Assembly (NCBI GenBank): GCA_040954595.2
Contig: CM082577.2
Span: 8,705,846-8,769,845, forward strand
Direction: 5' to 3'
From: Balanoglossus misakiensis
Lineage: Eukaryota > Animalia > Hemichordata
DNA: 64,000 nucleotides
Each line of letters opens with the position of its first letter. The first letter of the stretch is position 1. Made by a program: the position numbers and the translations under genes. Of the stretch, positions 14,101-29,999 are shown piece by piece. Below the pieces are notes generated by a model. That model worked only from the letters and a program-made list of their open reading frames with translations. It searched no databases and had not been told where the DNA came from.

Positions 14101-17100
14101 GAATGTACTTTGGGTTCTGCTTAGCCGTTTGAACCCATTAAAAAATCCACCAACTCTCAGTGTATGTCACTGGTTCAGCTTGGTAGTCATATACAGTAAA
14201 ACCTGTCTATACCGAAAACATTTTCCTGTTCCTTTGACATAGAACCACATGTTAAAAGAACCGCTATAAACCGGACACCTGCAAACCGAACAATTTCTTC
14301 AGTCCCTTTGGTGTTCGGTTTAGACAGGTTTTTCTGTATCGACTTTATTGAATCACACACACTTGCCAGATTAACAGGCCTGGGTGCCGGAAGCTAAGCC
14401 CCCCTGGACATCAAACCAGTTTCAACTGATTCAGGAGGATAAGGGTTAATGTCAAAGCCAAGACAACAACTCTATCTTGCCGGTCATTAAATGTTCTAAT
14501 AATATCTCAGCAGTTGGGAGCCACTGATTGTCCTTGCTCTAGATATGTGACTGCAGCCGGCCAACAAGCGCTCATGCTGTTCATTGACGAAGCAAATAAG
14601 TAGTAATTATTCTCAGCAGATGTCTTGTTTCCTGACATAAACGAAAACCTGACAGTTGACTGCACTGTTTTTATCTGTTGACAGGAACGCCGAGATCGGC
14701 ACGAACTCCAGGGACCTATAAACCTGCGGAAGACTTGTATGATGACATCATTGACTTGAAAAGGGTAAGAGGAAAATACTAGGTCTATCTGTGAGGTGTT
14801 TTTCGTTTGACACAAAATACTATCTGGCTTGGTTTACCAACAAGTAAAAGTCTAAAACTATTCATCATTGAATAATTTTGATCATGTTGTAAAAATAATC
14901 ATGTTTACTTGATTAGGTTACTGCTTTGTCGTATGAATTAATACTAAACTCTAAAAGTGCAATATAGAATATTTCAGATAAAATTTCCATATTTCCCTGC
15001 TGGAAATTCACCAATCAATGGACTTTAGGAGTGGATGGATATATGACTGAATGAATGAGTGAATGAATGAACGAACGAACGAACGAACAAATGATTTTTT
15101 TTACTCTTCAGCAACTGAACGGGATCAAAGAGGAAAATTCAATCCTGTCCACAAGAAACAGAAGATTGGAAGAAGAAAACGTGAAGAAACAGAAACAAGT
15201 TGAACAATTGCTTGATCCTGGCAAGGTATTAAAACGTGGATGAAAGTTGAATTTTCGACGAGAAAGTACAATTTTTGAAACCTGATATGTTTCAACCACG
15301 TATTCACTTTAACGCTGATTAACAGATCATTACCTCATAGTGATTAAGCCCCCACTTACCAAATCATGAAATTTCAGGTCTATAATATCAAATCAGTGTA
15401 GAGGCATTGTTTTTCACTAAACAAAAGAACACTCCTGATATCAACCATTTTGACATTGTGTCTTTTCAGAGTGAAGATCTGAGAAGAGCCATGAATGAGA
15501 GAAAGCCGGATGCAGGAGCTGTAAGTTGTAGATACTTATTCCGACACTTGATAATACATATTTGTCTTTTTCAAGGAAGTCACACAGGGTAAAATGAATA
15601 CCTTAGAAGATCTCAAGAACTATAATTACCAAGACTAGATCTCAAATTTCTATGGTCGATTTGCGTAGGTGACCATATACCTTTAATATGGGGTATACAC
15701 ATCCACAGGCTGTGCTGTTTTTAGTTGTGAAATGTTGTTATTTTTTTTAAGAAATGAATTTTAATAACTTTTATTTTATTCGAATAGGTGGTAAATAGTC
15801 TAAAACAGAAGAATCTGAAGTTAGAGCAGACGCTACGAGACAAAGAGATCCAACTAAGGTGAGCTATTTTTTTGGGTGGTTGTGTTTTGCCAGTGGCTGA
15901 TGTTAGCTGAATCTGACATCCTTTCAAGACCCAAAAAAAGGAATCATGTAGACTGATGGACGTACCCAATCTTTCATTTTTTTCAGCAAACTGCAGAGTG
16001 ACCTGAAGAGTACTAAATTGGATGAATTGAAGGTTGAAAATGACATGTACTATCAAGAGGTAGGAATTTAATTTTTTTTTTAAATCACACACATGCATGT
16101 GTATAGGATGTTCTCATCCCTGAGCTTATTTGACATCTTGGAATGAGCTATTCATTCTTACAGTGAGCCCATCCCTTTATCTGAATGGTATAGGACGGTC
16201 ACCCCCTGGTCATATCCTATACCAACAGTTTAGGCTAGTGCTTTGCATAGTTTAGGGGTAAGGGGGTAACTGACCTAGAGCCTTCAATAATACATGTAAT
16301 TAGGGTTTCGAGACCAGAGGGGTCTCGAAACCCTCTTGAAATCGTGTTGTTTTTTATTATTAGGGCCCAAGCCAAGCAGGCTTGGGCCCTATTGGTATTA
16401 CTGGCTTTTTTCTTCTTCTTCTTCAGTCGTTTTTTCGGCCAGCTAGATCTGGAAAACGGCCAAACCTACCAATTTCAAACTTGGCACAATGGTGCAGGCC
16501 TATGAGAGCATGATCTGTACCCTTGTGAATGTTTAATTAGTCACGTGACCTAATGACCATATATGGGCAAAATTTTCAAATCGGCCTTATTTGCATATGA
16601 ATGGAGATATCAACATTCTGTTAAGATACTTTGTGGGCCATATGGCCAGGGTTCTACATGCCAAATGTCAAGGCCATAGGCCATGTCAATTTTGAGAAGA
16701 AGATTTTTAAGTATTATTTTTCATATTTTTTCGCCCAAGCCATCGGCCTATACTTTACATAGTAAAGCTATGACCACATATTATTTTGGATAAATATGCA
16801 TACATATCTCAAAATCTGTAAGGCCGATAATCTCCAACTTTGGTGTGCAGCTAGCCTAGCATTTGTCGATAATTTTAAGCGGAAAAAAATATTATGAAAA
16901 ATCGACCGATTTTTTTATATTAATTTTTTTATTAAATTTATACCTTTACTTATACCTCTATGTCCATGTCTTATTGTGGAATTCTGGTCTGTGCAATAGT
17001 CCTGTACAGTGACTGTCTATTGGTCAGTGAGCACAATGGCACCAAAATAAAAGGCACAATTTTAGGCTCACCTGTAACACCTGCTTAACTCATTAATTAT

Positions 17101-20100
17101 GTGCATACCTAATTCTGGGCTAACTAAGAGGGCTAGAGGTTTCGTTCTTGTGGGACATGGACCAGTATAGGGTCAAAATTTCTTGCCCAAATTTTGGGTG
17201 ACCTCAGGTGACCTTTGACCTACTTTCCTATATCTCGGCATCCAGAGCAGGTACAGACTTGGCGTTTGGAAGGTTGGGACTAAAGTTGAAAAGCCAAAAT
17301 GGGGGTCACCTGTGACACCTGCATATCTCATTAATTATGTGCATACCTAATTCCAGGCTAACCAATAGGGCGATAGGTTTGGTTTTTGTTGAACATGGAC
17401 CAGTATAGGGTCAAAATTTCTTGCCCAAATTTTGCATGACCTCAGGTGACCTTTGACCTACTTTACCATATCTTGGCATCCACAGCAGTTACAAACTTGG
17501 AGTTTGGAGGGTTGAGACTGGAAGTGAAAAGCCAAAATTGGGGGTCACCTGTGACACCTGCATATCTCATTAATTATGTGCATACCTAATTCCAGGCTAA
17601 CCAATAGGGCTATAGGTTTGGTTTTTGTTGAACAAGGACCAGTTTAGGGTCAAAATTTCTTGCCCAAATATAACATGACCTCAGTTGACCTTTGACCTAC
17701 TTTACCATATCTTGGCATCAAGAGCAGATATGCTTATTGCTATGTTGCTATGTGCTATGTTGGCTTGGGCCCACTATTGCTGCTTGCAGCTATATTTATT
17801 ATTATTATTCTTCTTCCCACTATTAAAAACAGCCGCTATTCGAAGACCGTTGCACCCAATGACTTGAAATTTGGCTCATAGGTAAAACTCAAAGCAAGTA
17901 ATTTTCTGATCATGTCACTATGGCAACAGGTCACATGACCTGGCAGCCATATTGGATTTAAACTTTTAAATTGGTCTCATTTGCATAAAAAATGACGAAT
18001 CCAAATTCTGTTCAGAAACTTTGTGGACCATATGGCCAGGGTCCTATATGCCAAATTTCAATGTCTAAGTCCTTGCCGATTTTGAGGAGATGATTTTTAA
18101 AGCATTATTTTTCATATTTTCCATGACCATTGGACCCAGCCATTGGCCTATACTTTCCATGGTTAAGCTATGGCCCCCTAGGATTTTAGATTTATGCCCA
18201 AGATCTCAACATCCGCTTGGCTGATCAGCTTCAAATTTTGTGTGCAGCTAGCCTACCTTCCGACAATCAGTTCCAACTGAAAAAAATAATATGAAAAATC
18301 GACCGATTTTTTTATATTAATTTTTTTATGAAATCTATACCTATACTTATTCCACTATACTTAAGCTATGGCCACATCGTTTTGTAGAATTCTGGTCGGT
18401 GCAATAGTCTGCAGCATAGGACCAAAATAAGAAGCCAAATTTAAGGCACACCTGTGACACCTGCTTAACTCATTAACTATTTGCATACCTAATTCCAGGC
18501 AAACCAATAGGGCTACAGGTCTGGTTTTTGTCAGAAATGGATCAGTATGGGGTCAATTTTCCCCCCCAAATTTTGGGTGACCTTGGGTGACCTTTGACCT
18601 ACTTTCGCATATCTCAGCATCCAGAGCAGGTACAGCTTAGGTGTTTGGGTGGATGGGACCAAAATAAGAAGCCAAATTTAAGGCTCACCTGTGACACCTG
18701 CTTAACTCATTAACTATGTGCATACCTAATTCCAGGCAAACCAATAGGGCTACAGGTCTGGTTTTTGTCGGACATGGACCAGTATGGGGTCAAATTTCCC
18801 CCCCAAATTTTGGGTGACCTTGGGTGACCTTTGACCTACTTTCGCATACCTCAGCATCCAGAGCAGGTACAGCTTAGGTGTTTGGGTGGATGGGACCAAA
18901 ATAAGAAGCCAAATTTAAGGCTCACCTGTGACACCTGCTTAACTCATTAACTATGTGCATACCTAATTCCAGGCAAACCAATAGGGCTACAGGTCTGGTT
19001 TTTGTCGGACATGGACCAGTATGGGGACAAATTTTTTTCCCAAACTTTGGATGTTCTTGGGTGACATTTGACCTACTTTCACATATCTCGGCATCCAGAG
19101 CAGGTACAGCTTAGGTGTTTGGACAGACGGGACCAAAATAAGAAGCCAAATTTTAGAGTCACCTGTGACACCTGCCTAACTCATTAATTATGTGCATACC
19201 TTATTCCAGGCAAACCAGTAGGGCTACAGGTCTGGTTTTTGTTTGACATGGACCAGTATAGCGTAAACATTTTCTGCTCATATTAAGCGTGACCTCACGT
19301 GACCTTTGACCTACTTTTCCACATCTCAGCATCCACAGCACATACACCCTTGGCATTTGGAGTGATAGAACAACTAATGCAGTAATTAAATATGCACAAA
19401 TCTATCTCCAGGCGAACCAATAGGACTAGTAGTGTCTCGAAACCCGCTTATTGCTGTTCACAGCTATATTTAATTTGTGTGTTTTTGTATAGATAATCAG
19501 ATTGCGGAATGCTGCAGCCAGTGGTGTCAGGCAGGAATCCAGAAAGTAAGTACATGTATAGCTGCATAGATTTTATATTTATGAACTTGGTTTCCATGGG
19601 AGGGGGAGGGGGGGGGGTTACACAGTGGATTGCCAAATGCAAGCTGCTATTTTTCTGGCTGCTGTAAGTGGTTGTAGTTGTAAGAAAAATCGATTTGAAT
19701 TCTTATCACATCACTGATCAGTATGCCCTTGTTCATACTTGTCTTGTGAAGTGAAGGTGATGCAACAAGGTATGTATGTGTGTATGTTTGACCATAGAGG
19801 ATATAAGGTGGCTAAGTTGACAGTCACAAAAACTTATATCCCCAGGCCAGAGCCAAATAGTGGTTTTAGTCAGATCATGAGAAGCAAAGTGAAAAAGACC
19901 ACCATAGTTACTTTGAAACCATAGAATCTAACATGACTATTTCTTATTATTTATCCAACTTTCTTCAAATATTCACTAACAGAAAAAGGTAATATTTTCA
20001 TTGGGTGTGAGTTTCTTTGTTCCTGTAATAATGTGCAGCACATTTGTTTTGCTTGAGTAACATGGCTGGTATGAACTACACATTAAAAACTTCTTTTCTT

Positions 20101-23100
20101 TGTTATTATGGCATTCTAACATTATGTCTTCTGCTGTGATGAATTGTTCACATGCTAGCTCCATGCATAACAATACTCAATACTTGCGTGAGACAACTTA
20201 CTTCGATTACAACTTAGATTTTGCTGTGTGTCCATGATGAACTATTAATTAAACTGGTGTTCACACTCTGTACTTAATCATCATCACATCATATCACAAT
20301 TTTACACCTATCTCAGTTTCCAATTGAGTAAATGTTATATTCAGAAGCATAGCTGATTGGCCGACATATTGTTGAAATGCCTTGCGATAAAAGCCATTAA
20401 AATATGAATGACATTTTGAATACCCAGGGTAGACTTTGAATTCTGCAAATGTATGGCAATGCAGTGAAATAGCCAAAATTTTATGCATCTGCTATGTTTC
20501 TAGGATTTTTTTGAAGTCACGTAATACCGGTGAAAACTATATTGAGAAAATTGTCTTTTTCCCCCCACAAAGGTCTGAACATGCAAGTGCGCCCTCTGCA
20601 GCCAAGGTGAAAGCTCTGAACGCAACCATTCTCCGACTAACAGAGTCCAACCAGCGACTACAGAGTGAGAACAAACTGTTGAAACAGGATCTGGATTCGG
20701 CCATGGAGGGATCCATGTCGTCCCCGAGATCAGCGAGTAAGAACGCCAGACAACGAAAGAAGGGCAAATGTGAGTTTTGTTTTTCATCCTTTGGTCCATT
20801 AACAAAATTGCTATTACTACTGTCAAAATATTGCTACTGTACCTGACATTATTTCTGGTATTACATGGCACACCCAGACATTCAATATATATTTATCAAC
20901 TGCTGGAAATGTAATTATATCACACGTCATCTCCAGGGATGGTCCAGTATAGTGGAGCATTTATAAACTTCTTACATGAAAAATACGTGATAATAATAGA
21001 ATAACGTGATTTGCGTGATTTTTCTGTCAATTTAGTTGATTATGAAGACATGAATAAGAGGGAACTGCTGAGGACCATTGCAGAGTTGGAGAAGGTGGGT
21101 AGTCATTTTTAACGCCACACCAGCCTTTTCAGACTTTTTTCAGGTTTTTGTATATCTCTTTTGGAATAAAAATAAACAAACACGAAATTCTGTTTTCCCC
21201 CTAACAGGAAGTGGAAAAATACGAAAGTGGTTCTATTCTCGATGCAAGGTCGACCAGATCTGGACCCCAAGTTGAAGGTAAGGATTTGAATAATGCAAAT
21301 TAAAGTCATTGTCCTTGTCCATTCAGTGTCTAGGCCCCTGTTAATTTTGAGGCAGGTTTTCTGATTTGATCAGCACACATCTTGATGTATAGAAGGTGAC
21401 TCAGTGAGTTAATTTTCTCAAACAAAAACCAGGCGGGGATAAGATTTCAGTTCCAGGCATGTCATTTGTCTTGAGCAACACTAAGCAGTAATTGGCAAGT
21501 CTGCAGTGGTAGATGCAGCAAGAATAAATTCTGGACATGAAATTATTGGTGGTCCCCAAAAGAGTTCATCTCCATACCCAGCTATCCGACGTCTCGTTGC
21601 AGGCAAGGTAGTGCTATCGGGCGGTCTTGCTGAAAGAGTTGAAGCTCTGGACAAGAGAGAGACGGAGTTACTGGAAGAAAAGAAGAAGAACTCGGAGCAA
21701 ATATCTCGGCTGAAGGAAGACAGAATGAAGTTCAGAGTGCAAGTGGATGAGAAAGAGTGAGTCAAGTTTCGGGATGAGTGGTTTTGTGTTTTTGGTCAAC
21801 GTTCATTCATTCATGTTTACTGTTTCATACCTTTTCTACGGTGTCAGCAAAATGTTGGAAACAATTGTGAAAATGTGCATTTCGAAACTGTGATTATAAC
21901 TGCTTCTTCCACGCTGACTTTTGCCTTCCCCAGAGAGGAAATCAAGAAACTGATGAAGGAGATCGCGAGATTGGAAACAGAGCTGAGCGAACGAGCCGCA
22001 AGGGAGGAGAGAGTTCCGACGCCTAGGAAACGACCGAGCTCTGCATCGTCGCTGTCGTCGTCCGAGAGACGACGGGCGGAAGAAGAGGAAAGATACAGGA
22101 GGGCGGAGGAGTTGAGGGAGAAAAATTCGGCCAAGAGAATCCAGAAAAATTGGAAGAAACACAAGCAAAGGGTGGGTTCCTGATTATAGTTCATCCAGTG
22201 TGGCATTGTTTGAATCTTGTGCTGTGTTTTGGTTCAGAGCCCCCAAAAGTCATGATGTTATTCTTTTGGCAGAATAAAACAGTCTTTTGATAACAGGATA
22301 TCAAATATTGCTTGATGGCTGTGCTCTCTAAAAGCGAACCATATCTTTTTCTTTTCCATTCCCCTATAGCAACAAGACGAAGAAGATCTAGATGATGTAA
22401 GTAGATATTTCAAGAAAGGAATTGTTTCTACATTAGAGAATCTAGAATATGTGCACAGAGCACTTTCAGTCGTGGCATGTCCTTCAATCAAAACCAGCTT
22501 CAGCAGCTCTATTGTATTCAGTAGTTTTAGATGGTAGATCCGTGATGAAATGTCAGAAAAAGTTGTTTAGTTGTAAATATTCTTAGAAATGGAAGTTACA
22601 TAGTAACATGATGATATGGCATTTAGTGGTCACACGTAGCCTCTACCATTTTGCTCATATTGCAAGGGCATGTAAACCCAAGTTCTGCGATGAAAGGTTC
22701 ACTGTTTTGATTATTGATTATCTTCCCCCCCCCCCTCCCCCAGGCTGCTGTGTTGATTCAATCATCAATGAGGGGCCACTTCAAACGGAAAGAGCAGCTC
22801 CAGAAATCCGACCAATATCACCGCTACAGCTCTTCCGTGAGCGGACGCAGCACGCCTCGCAGCAGTCGGGTTCACACGCCCATCTCCGAGCTCGACGACG
22901 AAAGTGGACTAGATGACGCCGCAACAACCATACAGTCAGCGATGAGAGGCCATTGGAACAGAAAGGAACAGATGAGCAGACACAACCCGAGGTAAAAACT
23001 CCTGGTAGTCGAAAAAAGGAAAAGTCCAGTTTCATCTCGTTAAAGAAAACAAGACGGAATCTCACCTGTTAATGCAGTGGGACGATGAAAATTGTGTGAC

Positions 23101-24519
23101 GTTGCAAATCCATGTGACAATGATGTTTCTCTTTGTCATTGAAGTTAATATTGTATCATTCTGACATCGTGAAATCTGCACTATTCTGAAATGTAGCTTA
23201 ACATGCAGTGCATTCCTAATTGTATATTTTTTTTAAAAATTTCTTTCCAACCAGATTCCCGCCCCAGGAAGAGTCTGACTCGGATTCGCACATCCGATCA
23301 AAATCCTACAGCGGAAAATTCCAGAAAACAAGTCAATCAGGTCTGGTTCAAATGATTTGAAAATAAGTTCTTAATCTCAACATATTCAGTCACTATCTCA
23401 TAGTGTTAGGGGGGGGGGGCAAGGCTTTGATATCAGTGTGGTATTCTACTCTGTAGTAGTGTTTTGGGTTTTACATCATTCTAAACAATGGCCAGATATG
23501 ACACAAAGCATTAGAAAGTGACTACGGATAGACATACACATGAACTTTGCCAATGACAAAAACTGACATCTTTTCCACAACCTTAGGTTTTGGCAGAAGC
23601 ACGATGAGTTCCCAGTACTCTGATGATGACGATTCTGATGATGATTTGATTGTCTCCACGCCAACAAGGGCAAAGACTTCTACCTCTTACATGTCTGGAA
23701 GGAACAGGCCTTCTTCAGGTAACAATCGTGATACAATATTTTGCTATTCCGCTATTGTCAGTTCTTGGGACAAATCTCACTCACCAGATATTGACATTTG
23801 CTGTTCTGACCAGTAAAATTTTGCATGCCGTTTGTTCCCAAAATCTTATTTAAAAAAATATGTTTATCTAACTCATATGTACTACGGTATGCACATCAGA
23901 GACAGATTTTCAGAAAAAAATTAGTCCTCTAAACTTGTCAATTCTGTGCCATATTCAAGTGTGCAATGAGTCTTTTTGAAAAAGGGGAGCGAAAAAAAAA
24001 CATGATGTTCACCATGAAAATGGAATAATATACTGAATCAGCTACACCTGTATAATTTACTTACATGTTGGATAGGATAGGGTGCTGATAGTGCTGTGTT
24101 TTCTGTCTCTGATTTCAGCCCGATCCTATGGTTCGAAGTCCGGTCGAGAGGTGAGTGTCTTCCACAAGCATTAAACTGTGTTGTTAAAATGTTCATACTT
24201 GTACTCCATGGACTCGTACTGTCCAGTATGCTCCGTGATGTGACCCAAGTTCCAATCCTGCATTGCAATCGTGCAGTTTATCTGGTGCACGAAAGTGTGA
24301 TATTTTCACAATATTGGCGAGTTCAGTTGAATGTCCGTTCCATGACTTGACACAGTCACTCTTTTCCGCACACACACACAGAGCCCGATCAGAGGGGAGT
24401 TCGGAACCAGCAGCAGGATCTCCAAGGTGACAGTGGAGGAGTCGGACGAAGACAGCGACGATGACATCATCGTAGCGTCCAGCAGCTCCAGATTGAAATC
24501 GTCCGGCAAATTATTCTGA
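11153..24519 (+). CDS. IQCE: IQ domain-containing protein E (ciliary EvC-zone component), ~708 aa
   Basis: 21 frame-consistent GT-AG exons (2127 nt): 11153-11167, 11826-11898, 12209-12319, 13941-14045, 14685-14764, 15112-15225, 15470-15520, 15788-15858, 15987-16059, 19493-19545, 20573-20769, 21036-21094, 21208-21277, 21603-21756, 21934-22171, 22370-22396, 22744-22991, 23255-23340, 23587-23718, 24119-24150, 24382-24519 (TGA). Motifs YKPAEDLYDDIIDLK, RRLEEEN..KQVEQLLDP, LKQKNLKLEQ and SKLQSDLKSTKLDELK match the IQCE coiled coil; IQ motifs IQKNWKKH, IQSSMRGH, IQSAMRGH; acidic SDDD(L/I)IV tail. The first exon and low-complexity exons are less certain. Confidence 0.88.
13035..13119. mobile_element. 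~85-bp piggyBac-like MITE
   Basis: TTAA|CCCTTTCACC...GGTGAAAGGG|TTAA; related degenerate copies near 26812-26892, 31874-31968, 35481-35575, 47128-47215 and 55079-55145. Confidence 0.75.
14194..14336. mobile_element. Tc1/mariner (pogo/Tigger-like) MITE
   Basis: TA|CAGTAAAACCTGTCTA...TAGACAGGTTTTTCTG|TA; relatives at 24546-24694 and partial ones near 11945-12040 and 28100. Confidence 0.75.
15046..15090. repeat. Compound (GAAT)n/(GAAC)n microsatellite
   Basis: tgaatgaatgagtgaatgaatgaacgaacgaacgaacgaac just upstream of an IQCE acceptor. Confidence 0.8.
16361..17797 (+). mobile_element. Inner Helentron-associated non-autonomous element inserted in the (TTA)n tract of the outer copy
   Basis: 5' hairpin AGGGCCCAAGCC-aagca-GGCTTGGGCCCT (16362-16390), (TTC)n tract, 3' subterminal GGCTTGGGCCC (17762-17772), hairpin GCTGC-tt-GCAGC, TATATTT end; body homologous to the outer element (e.g. 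AAAAATCGACCGATTTTTTTATATTAATTTTTT in both). Confidence 0.8.
17035..17730 (+). repeat. ~238-bp tandem repeat, 3 units, inside the inner element
   Basis: Anchor CACCTGT(A/G)ACACCTGC at 17069, 17307 and 17546. Confidence 0.9.
18415..19420 (+). repeat. 237-bp tandem repeat, ~4 units, inside the outer element
   Basis: Anchor CACCTGTGACACCTGC at 18449, 18686, 18923 and 19160. Confidence 0.9.
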
Positions 24520-24545
24520 GAATGCCGCCGCGCTTCACAGATGTA

Positions 24546-24694
24546 CAGTAAAATCTGTCTAAACTGTACCCAATCAATTTGCAGAGGTGTCTGGTTTTTT
24601 GAACGTGTGATTTTATGTGGAAGGGACAAGAAAAGATGTTTGGTATAGACAGGTTTCTAGATTAGACAGGGTTCAGTTTAGACAGGTTTTACTG
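24546..24694. mobile_element. Tc1/mariner-like MITE in the IQCE 3' UTR
   Basis: TA|CAGTAAAATCTGTCTAAACTG...CAGTTTAGACAGGTTTTACTG|TA, 26 bp downstream of the IQCE stop; internal TAGACAGG repeats. Confidence 0.75.
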
Positions 24695-26667
24695 TACAAT
24701 GAGAATGTCAGTGCACAGATGCAACTAACATGCAGATGACGTCAAAAATTAAGTTCATTCACAAGAACAAATAATCAGCCATCCCGATAAATTACTGTGC
24801 CAATGATACTTAAGAGAAAGTCAATTTTAGAATTAATTTTATTCAAGATATGTAAAAAAAATAATTATTCAATAACCTCCTTCCCATTTTGAGAGAAATT
24901 TATCCCCAAATGGTAGTCTCTCAAAAAGCAGCTAAATTTAGTTTAAGACTTTTTTGCTGTTAGCTTCTTTTTGTAAAATAATGTTGTAAATTTAATTTGC
25001 AGTGCAGGGCACCAGAATCACAAGTTCATGATCTTGGACGTTTAAATATCACTTAGAAAATTGTATAGAAGAGAAGAAATGTATATATATAAAAGTATAT
25101 GAGGCAGCTTGTATACTTTTAGATTTCTGTTGCTTTCCAACTTTGTATTGTAAATTATCTTTCGTTTTACACAATGAATTGTCAGTCCATCAAAAATGAC
25201 TTATAAGTTTTTCTGTCATATTTTTTTATAAAGAAATTTCCAGTATAAAACGCAAACAGAATGTATGATGACCAGCACACATGGTTACATTTTTTTTCTG
25301 TCAGAAATAGTTTATACATATCAAATCATTTGTTTGCCTTTATTTTTCTAAAGGCTTTTGAATCCGTGTCAGATTATAAAATTTTACCGTATTAATACCT
25401 GTAAGTTTTTTCCACTCATCATGTATATAACTTTTGCTGAAATAACTGTTCAACCTTCCACTTTTGTTCTAGTGATGAAGTAGATTTTTTTCACTCCAGG
25501 TCTTCGATGTTACTCAAGTGTTTTTCTAAGAAAACAAATTCAGGGAGTTGCTGTCTCTGTCCCATTCACCATTTTCAAAAAACGTAGTGTTTGACCCCTC
25601 AGTGATCCCCAACACAGTACAAAAATACTGAAAATTAGTGAAAAGTTACAGATAGCAGACCTCAAAGTAAAATAAGATATATTGTAATATCAGCCTCTTT
25701 CACTTCATTTCAGACTAAATCAAACACAAGACTTTGAGGTCATATTGCAACTATTAAACCATAGTAACAAAGACGTACAGTCAGTTCTTAATGTAGTACA
25801 TACTTTGCAATGAACACGGCAATATATTTTGTTATAAGTTCTGAATCAGGTGTTACAGTGGTGTCTGTTTTCTGTTCAAATTTTCTAGAATGTAAATAGA
25901 GAGATTTACAGACTTCCAGACCTGTGAATACATAAAAGTAAGCACTTTAAAATAAAAGATTAATTTCAAATTGATGTTTGCCTTGTTTAATATATTGAAA
26001 AGTTTTCTACATTGTGAAGCATGAGGACATTGAATCAATGTGGTGCTTCCAAAAATTTCTTTGTACTTAAAATCATTATTTTCTGGGTGTAAAAAAATCA
26101 AAGCGAACGATAATGTGTTTTAAATTTCTTTATTCTTGCATTTTACAACAAAGAAAACTCAGCCAAAAGGCATATACATAATTACATATAAAAGAGTACA
26201 CTGAAAATGTGATAAAACTAAATATAGTTGGAAACCCTTTGTGCTTCCAATAGTACACAAGTAAAAGTAAGTTTTGATTTGTCAAAATATCCACTCGCAT
26301 GATTGCAGCTGCAATAATTAATTAAGCAGTCCGACCCTTAACTGTGTAACTTCTCGACAAGCAATATTTTTCTAAGTTTTTCCCAAAGAACATGGCCTGC
26401 ATGCATAATTGAGGCTTTATTAACTGCCCAAAGACCAATGGAAAATTCACCGGTAAAACAGAAACAGTGCCCTTAGAAAAATTTTCAAGATGGCCGACAG
26501 CGGCCATTTTTTGTGTGATAGACAACAACATGCATGTCAGAAGGTGAGAATCGCCATGGTAGCACAGATACCATTTGCAGAATACTTGGTGCAGATGCTC
26601 AAGCACTTGTGAGAGTTGCATATAGAGGTTAGCTTTAGCTGTGGCTTTCTGCCTCCGAAGTCCAATT

Positions 26668-29999
<3,332 letters not shown>

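Larger units (their letters stand above)
16301..19471 (+). mobile_element. Outer Helentron-associated non-autonomous element (HINE/DINE-like), interrupted by a nested relative
   Basis: 5' hairpin AGGGTTTCGAGACC-agagg-GGTCTCGAAACCCT (16302-16334), then a TTA/TTC microsatellite; 3' subterminal copy GTCTCGAAACCC (19434-19445), small hairpin GCTGT-tc-ACAGC and a TATATTT end; internal ~237-bp tandem repeats; no clear TSD; no ORF. Confidence 0.8.

Noticed and set aside
20761-20775. Possible GC-AG donor in IQCE (AAGG|gcaaat)
   Set aside because: A canonical in-phase GTGAGT donor lies 6 nt downstream, at 20770.
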